Shown here: piece by piece, positions 52,097 through 64,000 of the stretch | How the letters are laid out: each line of letters opens with the position of its first letter | Numbering within the stretch: the first letter of the stretch is position 1 | NCBI RefSeq assembly: GCF_006345805.1 | Contig: NC_042998.1 | Coordinates: 97,836,001 to 97,900,000, forward strand | Direction of reading: 5' to 3' | DNA from: Octopus sinensis | Lineage: Eukaryota | Length of the DNA: 64,000 bases | Notes under the pieces: model-generated | What the model was told of the DNA's origin: nothing | Databases searched by the model: none | Seen by the model: only the letters and a program-made list of their open reading frames with translations | Program-made: the position numbers and the translations under genes

Positions 52097-53488
52097 TGAG
52101 CAATCCCTCTCTTTACACCGTAGGGATGGTGGGAATTGAAGTTAAGGTGTCGTCCAATGAAGGTCTGCTTGCAGTATACGACCTTCACTGGACGATACCT
52201 TAACTTCGATGCCTTAGCTTTTCTGGAGTACCACTTTTGAACTAGATCGTATTTTATTAAGTAGTTATATAACTGATTTCTGAATGTTTGGATATGCTGA
52301 AAGTTCGCAGCTCTGGATTTAATAGCATGCCTTCATTTTATTGAAATCTACTACCAATGCTTCTGGGGATCTCTGGGCTATAAATTGGTGGCGGTGTTTG
52401 TGATAATGATTATTATGATTACAATAATGATGTTAATATGAACGTGACAAGGAAGTAAAATAAGCATTAACCATTCCATCAATTTAGAAGGAATAAAAGG
52501 CAATACTATATATTATCTTTTCTTAGATCCTTTCCCAAATAGATGAGAGCACTTATGTGAGCTCAGCGTGTTAATCCACTCAACCTAAAGTTTCGAAAGC
52601 TATCTTAGCTATAAAAACATACAGAATATTATTTCTTGTTAATGTATTAATAACCCTATCTATCACCCCCGTGAACTTCTAAATTATTGTGTTCTAGCAT
52701 AGTAAAATGTAAGAAAATTGGTGCAAAACCGCAATGAAAGACTTCAGATAATGACAATAAACATGGTACACCAAATATAATAGATATCGTTATTCCATAT
52801 TCGACATCCTGTTCCGTTCTATAAAAGGTTATCCACCATGTAAGTGATGTTATGAACTCATCATAGGCCAATCCACTTTCTCACATTGATCTTTATTCCT
52901 GCTATGTCATGCTGAACCACTAATGAAAAATCTTGTCATCAATGCCAATACTTTCCTATAATTTGATCAATAAAAGTATAGTTTGTATACTGTATATAGA
53001 AAAATATAGAAATAAAGCAAGCTCAAATTAATCCGCTCTATCACTAAACAGCAAAAATATATTAAGCACTATATATGCCTGTAATGAAAAAGGAAAGAAA
53101 AACATCCCAAATACTCCAGTTTAGGATTATGTAATGGTTAAAACTGAAATTAGGGCCAATTGATTACTTTTTTAAACGACAGTAAATGATAATTCACGAA
53201 ACAAATATACAAATCATTTTAGGTGTTATATTAATAAATGTATAGATTATAAAACAAAATGAAGGCATGTTTTTTTCTGAGACGCCATGATACATACAAA
53301 TAGCAGGTCAACAACGGAAGAAAAACCCAAATACGAAAAAAAACAGAAGTCCAAGAGATGTTCTCAGTTAATATTATTAGGTTGACGCTGAAAGAAAGAC
53401 AAAAAGTTATAAAATTAAAGTTGTAGAGTAAAATCATAACGCTTTGGAAGTCCTTCATGAGATATACAGAGGAAAGTCCAGGGAAGAA

Positions 53489-53524
<36 letters not shown>

Positions 53525-53699
53525 AGGGGGATTAAAAAAAACTTGTTCCATCTCTGACTAAACCGAAGAGTTTTAAAGACAGGAGAGTGCTTATTATTAT
53601 GCGTGCGTTTGTGGGTGATAGAATGTATGCCTTTGCGTGCACACACATGCATATATGTATACGTGTGTGTGTGTGTATTCTAATCCTTACAATTCATTT

Positions 53700-54004
53700 G
53701 TTGTTTGTTCCTTCTCGAGCCACACCTGGCTCATAAGGGCCGGTTTCCCGGTTTCCTTGGCATATAGGCTCCCCACCTGGACGGGACACCGGCCCGTCGC
53801 AGGTGAGCTGCAAGACGCAGGAGGAGAGAGTGAGAGAAAGTTGTGGCGAAAGAGTCAGCAGAAGTTCGCCATTACTTTCTGCCGGAGCCGCGTGGAGCTT
53901 AGGCGTTTCGCTCATAAACACACACATCGCTCGGTCTGAGATTCGAACCCGCGATCTCTCGATCGCGAGTCTGCTGCTCTAACCACTAGGCCATGTGCCT
54001 CCAC
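53700..54004 (-). mobile_element. SINE family C with 12-bp TSD
   Basis: TACAATTCATTT at 53688-53699 and 54005-54016; intact A/B boxes. Confidence 0.92.
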
Positions 54005-54817
54005 TACAATTCATTTAGATACCTAAAATTACAACCAAGCAGACGTCACCAAATCCTAGTTGTAGATTGGAAAACAAAAGAAACTCCAACATTTTTTCAA
54101 TATCTTTATTTTAATGTATTTTTCTGATCTTTTTTAAAGTATTCTTCAAATGTATTATATTCTGTATTTAACATTTCTAACATTTACAGTGTTTTACAGG
54201 CTTTATATAAATTATGTGATTATATTTTGCTTTATATTTTAAGCTGTATTCTATCAATTTTACTGCCTTTCAGTATTTCCCTGCGTTCCTTTTCACGAAA
54301 CAGAAATGTGCCTGATTCTTTTTTCTTTATCACTTATCGTCATTTAATTGTATATGCTTGTTTCAGCACATCAAATTGTAGAGAAATAAAATCATCCATC
54401 CATCCATCCATCCGTCCGTCCGTCCGTCTGTCTGTCTGTTTTTATTTATTAATTTATTTCATAATTAACCAAATTCAGGCATAGTAAATCTTATATTTCA
54501 CAATAATGGAGCTAGCTTATGACCAGCAAACTTATGCTGCCTCTAGTTCTACTATTGTTTTCTTGTTTGTGATGTTTAGCCTCATGTTTTATATCTAAAT
54601 GATATATTTCGTTTTAATTATTGTATGTTTCATGTCGTCGCATACCTTTTCTGATTTAAATTTATATCAAAGTTTTGACGTTCATTGCACAGTATTCTTA
54701 TTCCTTTCTCTTCTTTTATACAAGTTTGTCTCGACTATTCCAATATGATTTTCGCAAATCCCATATAAAACATTATAATCGTACAAATGTATGGCTCCAT
54801 GTTCCCAATAAAGGCAC

Positions 54818-54852
<35 letters not shown>

Positions 54853-54864
54853 CAACAATAATAA

Positions 54865-55508
54865 TCCTTTCTACTATATGCATAGGGCCTGAAATTTTGG
54901 GGAAGGGGGATAATCGATTACATCGACCTCAGTACTCAACCAGTGCTTATTTCATCCCAAAGGAGGAAAGGCAAATTTGAACTCAGAGCGTAAAGAACCG
55001 GAAGAAACGCGGCTAAGCATTTTATCTAGAATGCTAACAATTCTGCTAGCTCGCTGCCATAATAATAATAATAATAATAATCCTTTCTACTGAAGACACA
55101 AGACCTGGAATTTGGGGGAAGGTAACTCGATTACATCAACCACAGTGTTTCACTGGTACTTAATTTACCAACCCCGAAAGATAAAAAGCGAAGTCGACCT
55201 CGGTGGAATTTGAACTCAAAACGTGAAGACGGAAGAAATACTGCTAAGCATTTTGCCCAGCGTGCTAACGATTCTGCCAGCACACCACCTTAATAATGAT
55301 AATAATAATCCTTTCTTTTATAGGCACAAAGCCTGAAATTTTGAGGGAGGGGACCAGTCGATTAAATCGATCTAGTACGCAACGTCGAACCCGAAAGGAT
55401 GAACGGCAAAATCGACCTCGGCAGAATTTGAACTCAAAATATAGCGACGGGCGAAATACCGCCAAGCATTTTGTCCAGCGTGCTAATGATTCTACCTGCT
55501 CACCGCTT
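54865..55508 (-). mobile_element. Three head-to-tail SINE A copies separated by (TAA)n
   Basis: Each copy begins ATAATCCTTTCT and ends GCCAGCTC/ACC..TAATAAT on the plus strand. Confidence 0.85.
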
Positions 55509-55520
55509 TAATAATAATGA

Positions 55521-55558
<38 letters not shown>

Positions 55559-55779
55559 AACGCTATAAAAACGAGTTCATAACAAAACTAACCGAAAGAG
55601 AAAGAGCGGGGACAGATAACCATAAATACTGTGAAATAGTTGATTTATGATTTACACACACTACTATGCAGCAGCACTCTTCCAAAAATATACAGAAATA
55701 AACTTAAATCGTAAATACCCAGCAAAATGAACAAAGCCCACAACATGTACCATAGAAGGCCGATAAGAAAAGTAACTTG

Positions 55780-56378
55780 GTGAAAGAGAAAGGATTTGGG
55801 ACAGTAATAGAAGAGTTTAAACAGCGTATCATAGCAGTAGCAGGCAAGCTCTCCAGATATCAGAAAAGAATAGATCGGTATTAACAGAATAGATTATTTG
55901 AGACACACAAGAGGAGATTTTATAACCAAATAAATAGTGGAGAACGAAGTACTGAAGATGAGAAATCTAATGCAGAAGAAGCTAGAAAGTTCCGGAGTAA
56001 TATTTGGGATAAGCAAATCAATCATAATGGGGGTGCAGTATGGTTAAAGGAAGTGAAGGAAGAAGCAGTGAGTGAGAAGCATCCAGATATAAGACTAATT
56101 AGTGCATTAATGAGTAAAGTGTTAGGGAAATTGCCGAATTGGAAGAGCCTAGGACCAGATTTAGTTCAAAGGTACTGGCTAAAGAAATTTAGTAGTCTAC
56201 ATGAGAGGCTGAGCGAACAACTTCAGGATTGCCTTAATAGAAGAATAACACCAGACTGGATAACTACAGTGGGGACAATACTCACCATTAAAGATAAGAG
56301 CAAGGATAATACAGGTAACAACTATAGACCAATCACTTACTTAGTGTGGAAGCTGTTAACAGGAATGCTTTCAGAAAA
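55780..56378 (+). mobile_element. R4/Dong-clade non-LTR retrotransposon, RT N-terminal fragment
   Basis: EEFKQRIIAVAGKLSRYQKRIDRY*QNRLF..RRFY..IW..HN..AVWL..KLPNWKSLGPDLVQRYWLKKF..PDW..GTILTIKDKSK..NYRPIT..WKLLTG. Confidence 0.82.
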
Positions 56379-56520
56379 CGTTCTGAGTTTAAATTCGTCC
56401 GAGGTCGACTTTGCCTTTCATTCTTTCGGGGTCGATAAAATAAGTACCAGTTGAACACTGGGGTCGATGTAATCCACTCATCCCCACCTCCCCCAAGCTG
56501 CCCATGTGGTAAAAAATTGA
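56378..56520 (+). mobile_element. SINE A, 5'-truncated, abutting the LINE
   Basis: Perfect central block GTCGACTTTGCCTTTCATTCTTTCGGGGTCGATAAAATAAGTACCAG. Confidence 0.85.
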
Positions 56521-56539
56521 AATAATAATAACAATAAAA

Positions 56540-56904
56540 TGCCCTGATTCAGTGCCAGGCAGTGGCTCTCATGGCCTCTGATCTTAACTGATTGACAGTG
56601 TTATCAAGTACATTGTTTTGTCTTGGTATTAAAGATGGGCTACAGCAAATATTCTGCTCAATACTAAAGATTTGCTTGTCAGTTGCTTGACCTTAACCAG
56701 TTGAGCATGTTCCTTAGTGGCTGGCGATATGTTCATCTCTGATCACGAGCACAAGTAGTCGGGGAGCACCATATCCATGTGTTGAGAGGAATTCTTTGTG
56801 GTTTGGATAATTGACTTTTGGAAGCATGAGTGTTTTGTTCGACATCTTTAAACAACCCTTATTCAGGGATCTTTTGAGCAGGATGGGTTACTCAACCTGA
56901 AGAA

Positions 56905-56905
<1 letters not shown>
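56540..56905. mobile_element. Second copy of the (TAA)n-embedded repeat
   Basis: Aligns to 16836-17110. Confidence 0.75.
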
Positions 56906-56936
<31 letters not shown>

Positions 56937-57109
56937 TAATAATAATGATAATAATAATAATAATGATAATAATAATAATAATGATAATAATAATGATAAT
57001 AATAATAATGATGATGATGATAATAGTAATAATAATAATAATAGTAATAATAATAATAGTAATAATAATAGTAATGATAATAGTAATAATAATAATAATA
57101 ATAACTGTA

Positions 57110-57150
<41 letters not shown>
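56906..57150. repeat. (AAT)n switching to (ATT)n, a simple-repeat fold-back
   Basis: Strand switch at about 57105. Confidence 0.85.
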
Positions 57151-57213
57151 TACTTTTTGGTCAATGAATGAAGTTGAAATCCTGTTGGGATCAGTTTAAG
57201 CATACACGCTCTC

Positions 57214-57258
<45 letters not shown>

Positions 57259-59311
57259 AATTTCTGACTTAATACTCTTGTAAGGAATCGTTATTAATAA
57301 ATATCTTTTATGACAGGTTTCGCGTCTTACTTCACCTGACATTATTAAGGACATTGTGAGAGTCTCGGCTACTTATCTTTTCTGAACGCGTCAGCGTTCT
57401 TGCCGCTTATAGAAGAAATGGATATTTTCTGATAATGAGAGCTGTGCTGTTACTGCAAGATTCCAATACGAATCCATGATCCAATTTCGATTGCTAGTTG
57501 CAATTCTTTCACTTAGATTGTAATCTTTACAGCAAAGGCGTACAGATTACAATTTTCTGATTATTCCACTTTAAAATTAAAGCTTTTATGTTTATGGAAT
57601 ACAGTTTTATAATTTTCCCGATACATATATGAAGGCGATGAGCGGGAAAATCATTAAAACGCATCGAAGACAAAGCTAAGCGGCATTTCTTCCGTTTTTA
57701 TGTTGTGAGTTCAAATTCCACTAAGGTTGACTTTGCCTTTTATTCTTTCAAAGTCGATAAAATAAGTAGCAGTCAAGTATTGGGGCCAATATAATCGATT
57801 AAGCCTTCCCAACAAAAATTTCAGACCGGAAAATTAGAGAAAAGAATAAGAAATAATGATAATTTATTCTATGTAGCTGACCAACATCGCCCCTTCTTTC
57901 AGTTGGTAAATTTTGGTGCAAGTAACTCATATCGTATTAATTATAAATTATGCAATTATGCGGTTAAAAGCAAATATTAATAAAATGTAGGTTTTAATTT
58001 TCTAAAATAAACTATTACAATTTGAAAATATTGATTTCTGTCACATAAATGTATTTTCAAATCAAATTCGTATGAGGAATGTCGCAAGTTTATTATCTAA
58101 TGGGATGAGGTGAGGACATTCTACAGAAATTCATTATATGACTGACGCTTCATTGTTGCTGTTTACCATTAAAGCAGCCTTCTAATGGAGCAGACGTATG
58201 ATCAAAGAGTTCTACCTGTGACCATCCTGCCTTTAATGTGGATTTACACAATAATATTATCTGAAGGAATGGTCTTTATTTTTTTCAAGACTAAAGTAGA
58301 TGAGGGAAATAGGCTTCTATTTCTAGTAGATCAGACGACCATGTGGAGTTTACATTGTTGGTGTGCCGTACTGAATTGAAATCCTGCTTTGAGCTTACAG
58401 TAGCAAGAAATGGTAACCACCAGTCTGATGTGTTTGAGATAAGCTACATGAAACAAAATAATCAGGGATGCAGTAAATACTCACTGTATAACGGTGTATT
58501 ATTTCAACTTCGAAATGAATAGCCTAAAGCACAACATTTATGTTATAAAGTCTATTAACATATTTTAATGAAATATTATATTTAGCCTACTATTAGAGTG
58601 GGAGATAGATATATATATATATAGAGAGAGAGAGAGAAGGAAAACACTATATTGAAGAAGAAAGATGTGATGATGCCTTAATACGTTGCAGCTTTAATTG
58701 ATGAGTAAATATTTATGATGTATAAATGATTTCCCTTGAGTTACCACCATATTAATTTTTTCTTTTACTCTGGGACAAGGCTACACATTTGTATGGGAGA
58801 AGTATAATCTGAAATTGAACTATTCTGTGGAAGGATGACGACCAAGTTGAACCTGTCGAGATGTACTCATATAATTTAGGCGAGCTGAATTAAATAGGAC
58901 AAGGCTTTTAATCTAGCATTCTTCGTTTCTGTCTATCGTAGTTTATTTATCAATATATTAGACAATATAATGGTCGATTGAATAAACGATTTTACAGCCA
59001 GTTCCATCTAAAGCCGTTAATTGGAAGAATATAGCCACTTTGATGTAAAAGAACTGACTGCATAGTTAGTTAATTGTAGCTCTAATACCCCTCTTGATAA
59101 AGCTGAGAAATTAATATTCGCTGTTTGTAGATTTGTAGCAGTGATACCGTTGGATTGAAATCTCTATTCCTGGAAAAATTACATACTTGTTGTACACTAT
59201 GTGGATACTCTATATACAAAGACGGGAAGCTAACGGATTTGTCTGAGATAGCAGCAAATCTCTATTAGATATTATCCTGCCTCCTTAAAAGAAAAAAACA
59301 CATTTTTATAT

Positions 59312-59908
59312 ATTCCGACCACCGGCCCAGTATACGTGTGGAGACAGCCAAAAGAAGCATTTGACCCAGACTGCCTTCTTGTTTAACATGGAGGAGGATC
59401 TGTGATGATCTAGGGGGATACATCTTAGAAATCCGCCGGCCCAATGGTTTCCTTTCATGACAGAATTAATAGTCAAGACTCTTTAAGCATTTTATCTGAT
59501 CAAATTCATTCTATGGTTGCGGAACTGTTTCCGGAGGGAAATGCAATCTTTCAGGATGATAATGCACCAATTCACACAGCTAAAGTTGTTACTGAATGGC
59601 ATTAGGAACATTCTAGTGAAATTGAACATCTTATCTGGCACCACAGTTCCAAGATCTCAATATTATTGAACATTTATGGTGCATTTAAGAGAAAAAATGA
59701 AGGAGTTGATATCCTCCACCGTCATCACTACAAGAAGTGGAGACTGTTTTAGCTGAAGAATGGACAAAAATTCCTTTGGAAACAATTCAAACTTTGTACG
59801 AGTTCATACCTCATTGATTTCAAACTGTAAGTACTGCCAAAGGCGGTCCTACATATTAAAATAAATTTGTTTGAAATTTTAAGATGTTTCCATTATTTTG
59901 TCCAACCC

Positions 59909-59911
<3 letters not shown>
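59312..59911 (+). mobile_element. Tc1-family transposon, 3' half
   Basis: YVWRQPKEAFDPDCL..HGGGSVMI..IFQDDNAPIHTAKVVTEW..DLNIIEHLW. Right TIR GTTTCCATTATTTTGTCCAACCCCTG followed by TA. Confidence 0.9.
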
Positions 59912-59962
<51 letters not shown>

Positions 59963-59968
<6 letters not shown>

Positions 59969-60202
59969 TGTTGTGTCTGGGGAGTGTAATTTTCTTTTTG
60001 TACCTTATAATATAACACACACACCGGTAAAATTTCCACTTTTTTCTTATTTTTATTTTTCTAAAAGTTTCGTTGCGCCTTGCAACCGGTGAGTGTGTTA
60101 TATTATAAGGCACAAAAAGAAAATGACTCTCCCCAGACACAACAGAATATGCTTCAACACACGAACTCATATAAAGAATCTTGCAAACCAAATCCAAAAG
60201 CG

Positions 60203-60203
<1 letters not shown>
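59963..60203. mobile_element. Non-coding fold-back repeat (66-bp arms) in (TA)n, PLE-like
   Basis: 59963-60028 matches the reverse complement of 60085-60150. The spacer holds GUUGC-aaggc-GCAAC-GAAA on the minus strand. Confidence 0.7.
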
Positions 60204-60238
<35 letters not shown>

Positions 60239-60584
60239 CGTACAGAAAAATTCAGCTTATGTAGTCAATTAAGAAAAAAAAAAAAGACACAGAGTGGGTG
60301 AAGGAGAGAGAGGGGGGAGAGGAAGAGAGACTGTAGCTTTCACGAAAAACACATCTAGTTAAGCAAAAGTGTATAGAGAAGAAATATTAATGAGAATGTT
60401 TATAAAATTTTCTTAAATATTTAAGCACACACATATACATATCTTAACAAAGTGATAAAGAACAAATGTTTGAAGTAGATATAACTATACACTTCATCAG
60501 ACATTTTAAAATTAACTACTGGAAAATTATGCAGAAAATTGAGTCGAATATGAAAATATTTAACAAATAATTGTATTTAATGGA

Positions 60585-60792
60585 TATATATGTATATATA
60601 TATATATACATATATATACACATATATACATATATATACACATATATACATATATATACATATATATACATATATATGCATACATATACATATATATATA
60701 TATGCATATATACATATATATACATATATATACATATATATGTATACATATACATATATATGTATACATATACATACATATACATATATATG

Positions 60793-60853
<61 letters not shown>

Positions 60854-60865
60854 TATATATATATT
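60585..60865. repeat. (TA)n/(TATATACA)n microsatellite
   Basis: Seen directly. Confidence 0.95.
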
Positions 60866-61327
60866 CTTAACCTTTTGCAAAGAAGATATATGAAATGTTT
60901 ATAGAACAATTATGAATCCGAGATGAATTTATACGGAAATATTTTGTCTGTGTCTGTTTAATTGGAATATTAGGATGAATGCAATAAAGAGCTAATATTG
61001 ACTGTGTTTATTGGTTTCTAACATGATTTCTGAATGCATTTATTGGTTTCTAACTTTATGCTTAATATTTGAATATAATGTAATAGTGATGATGAAGTTA
61101 GAAGAAAACTAATATGCACAGCCACCGTTATTAATAATAAGGAGCTTATGAATCATAGTAACATATGCACATACGCATGCGTATGTAAAGTTTAAGTACA
61201 CTGTATTGTGTACGATTAATCCGAAGAAAGAGAAAATACAATATATTTATAGCGTAATAATTTTATTATGGGTACTGGGAAGTTCAATATCTTACATTGT
61301 CTTATAATTTCATTCCTAAAGGTAATC

Positions 61328-61364
61328 CACCGTCCGAAGATTCCTAAGGATACTAGTCACTGTG
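61328..61364 (+). ncRNA. HHR relic with the GAA core deleted
   Basis: CACCGU-CCGAAGA-U-UCC-uaa-GGA-u-ACUAGU-C-ACUGUG, inside the old inverted repeat 61262-61296 / 61361-61396. Confidence 0.45.
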
Positions 61365-61769
61365 AAGTATTGAACTTTCAAATATCCACAATAGTATAGT
61401 AAGAGTGTTATCTTCCATCCCGCTTTGTGTCATTCATACGAATAAAGCCTAAAAGAACATAATATAAGGAAATCTAAATAGCTAAGGAGTAAATCATCGA
61501 TTACATACATGGAATGCGCATTTTCTAATTTGTAACTGTAAACGTAAATGTATACAGATACAGGCACACACGCAATCACACGTATGCAAAAGCACATACA
61601 CATATACTAGGTAACAAGATATATACGTATGCCACAGAGTGTACCATAATTAGTCTAAGTGAATTGTTGTCACCAAATACTTTCAACAAATATTTCTAAA
61701 ATAATTGTGAATCATTGATACCTGTTACATATCTATAGGATGAAAGACTAAACGAAAATAGTTAACTTT

Positions 61770-62467
61770 GCTTCTAACCCCAACTGCCATCTGGTCAACC
61801 CGGCGAAATCGGAGAGCGGTCTGGCGAGCAAACACATACTAAGGAAACTCAATGATAACATAAAGACGGCTTCCAATCGCTCTTTATGCGTAGCACCAAT
61901 TAAGTGATTTCAAGGTTCACCCAATTCGATATAGTCGATTTTTACCTGTCTGTATCAATAGGGCTGCTGGTAAAGGCTTCACAAACATTAACGACAAAGA
62001 CATTGAAGTAATTAAGCATGTCAGAAAAACACTGCTCTTTAATAAAAGGTGGACCTAGATCAAGCAAACTGACCCAATGAGCTCTTTTGATGTAGCGATG
62101 GGAGCCTACGACATATGTGACTTTATAGGGCTGTATATTTTAGACACCTTAAAGAAGATTTTCCCATCAGTTCTCTTTGGTCTCTACAGAGATGATGCCC
62201 GAGCCATCTCTAGATGAGCTAACGGGCATACCCTCGATAGGTTTAAGAAGGACATAGTTAGCATTTTGGCTCCATAGGGTTCGAATATCACCAAGGCCGG
62301 AGCCTGCACTACAGACGTTTACAAACCAACAAGCTGTTATGTATTTATTCCTCTAGTTGTAGAGGGGTTATGCGCTTTCAGTCATTTGAGTTGCCTTTAT
62401 TGCTAAACACTTTATATGTGCCAAAGCAATGATCACTCACTCACTCACTCACTCACTCACTCACTCA

Positions 62468-62500
<33 letters not shown>

Positions 62501-62501
62501 C

Positions 62502-62533
<32 letters not shown>

Positions 62534-62800
62534 CCCACACATACATACATAAATTTCTCAAAAATAACTGTAACTTTCACATTTTATTTGAAACCGACAC
62601 CAAAATAGCCAACTTCCTCGATGTTACACTGAATTTAAATACCGAGCCATACCAGTCATATCATAAGCCGAATCAAGCATTACAGCATATCAACATTCTC
62701 TCTAATCATCCTACAAGCACCAAAAAAAAAGTATTGTAACTGGAATTGCAATAAGAATCTCGAATTTATCTGCTAACGAGACAATATTTAACAACCATCA
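61770..62800 (+). mobile_element. Naiad/Chlamys-type Penelope-like RT fragment, split by an insertion at about 62296-62590
   Basis: NPNCHLVNPAKSESGLASKHIL, FTQFDIVDFYLSVS, FDVAMGAYD, FIGLYIL, GLYRDD, then ANFLDVTLNL..YHKPN..HINILSNHP. Confidence 0.85.
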
Positions 62801-63563
62801 ATCTTCGAAAGCACAATCTATCGCATCTAAACAAATTGTCGGACGTGGTTTTTTCATGCAAATATAAAATTTACACAACATTTTTACACTTTAATGAACT
62901 AAGATACATTTTAAAACAAATTTTCATTCCTTGCCATGAATATTTTATTGGAATATATTTAATTCTCTTTCTTCCCCCACCCATACCTCCTATCTATAAA
63001 AAAACCTAACCTCTAGTACTTGTCATTGTCAAATTGCAAATGTAAAACCTGCTATCCTGAAAAAGGAGGAATTGCTAAATAATGGGTTCTATATCCCCTT
63101 ATTTTCACCGGCAATTAACCTCTAGAAACGGGCGTTAGTATCCTATTTTAACAATTCTTAACTATCCTGGCTTTTAATTTCTTTCCTCCTTCTATCTTTT
63201 ATTTCACTTTCATCACTACTTCAGACCTTCTTCAATATATTTACGCATACATTTATGATTTTATATATTTATGCTTACATCTAATTTTTTAAAAATCTAT
63301 TATCTTACATATATATTTTTAATATAATTATTTTAAAAAGATGTGTATGTATTTATGTTTTTAATGTATCATGTATATACTTCTTCTTTAAATTCATCTG
63401 AAATTGGAGTCATCTTTATGAATTAAATTACCTGGTCTTATGTTTCTTCATTTTATATATTTTTATCTTTTGTCTCAAGTTCCTCTTGAGCACTTCTGAG
63501 TGCAAGCCTTAACTCTGTGAGAGAATTTCAAATTAATCATATTCTTTCTCAAAACAGTTATAT

Positions 63564-63610
<47 letters not shown>

Positions 63611-64000
63611 AGAGAGAGGAAGAGAGATAAAGGGTAATTAGATCTAATAGAAAAATATCTGTACACACACACATACATACATATACACGTATATATACAT
63701 ATATGTGTGTGCCTGTGTGTGAATGTATACACACACACACACATATATATATAATGTAATTTCATACTATACAATACGTTTATGCACAAATAAATAGCCA
63801 TACTATGGAAACGCACATAACATAATTAAAAGAGCTACACTCTATTCATATTCTTGTATTCACCCACGCACCCACACACACGCGTGCGCGCACACAATTT
63901 TGAAAGTGTATCATGTGTACATTGCTCTTCATTTACAGAATATGTCCCAAAAGTGAGGTCTAGAGGAAAATACACGTGCTTGGTCGTGACATAGTAGCAA

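Larger units (their letters stand above)
51172..52207 (-). mobile_element. 5'-truncated Penelope/Poseidon-like retroelement with terminal repeat
   Basis: VYCKQTFIGRHLNFNSHHPYGVKRGI (RT thumb), then the ORF at 51467-52096, then a non-coding 3' region with a tRNA-like segment and an HHR. A fold-back lies at 52138-52207. Confidence 0.9.

Noticed and set aside
52656-52871. 71-aa minus ORF, and a nearby WIGL motif as a possible C-type lectin
   Set aside because: Non-ATG start, stops immediately after WIGL and no recognisable domain.
53935-54004. tRNA genes at SINE heads (also 20693, 23118, 28885)
   Set aside because: They continue into SINE bodies with TSDs and have imperfect acceptor stems.

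Overview
AT-rich, microsatellite-saturated animal DNA. The SINE repertoire and repeat landscape are most consistent with an octopod cephalopod genome (inference). No intact protein-coding gene is visible, and almost all long ORFs in the track are translated microsatellites. The window holds many decayed transposons: several tRNA-derived SINE families (often in head-to-tail arrays), fragments of RTE, CR1/L2-like and R4/Dong LINEs, two mariner relics, one Tc1 relic, two near-perfect tandem duplications, and Penelope-like element (PLE) remnants from at least three clades. The most interesting signal is a set of sequence-diverse minimal type I hammerhead ribozyme (HHR) motifs found by eye in PLE-associated and non-coding repeats. 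The best are at 9643-9723 (+), 6678-6722 (-), 11726-11775 (+) and 51249-51294 (-), with relics at 33465-33508, 61328-61364 and 60062-60086. Nearly all have a different self-complementary helix III, and most sit in fold-back structures. Two stand out: a 524-bp non-coding, retrozyme-like unit attached to a near-perfect 183-bp hairpin, and a PLE whose terminal repeat carries a tRNA-like Pol III cassette just upstream of the HHR. All calls come from manual reading; no database search or folding program was run.
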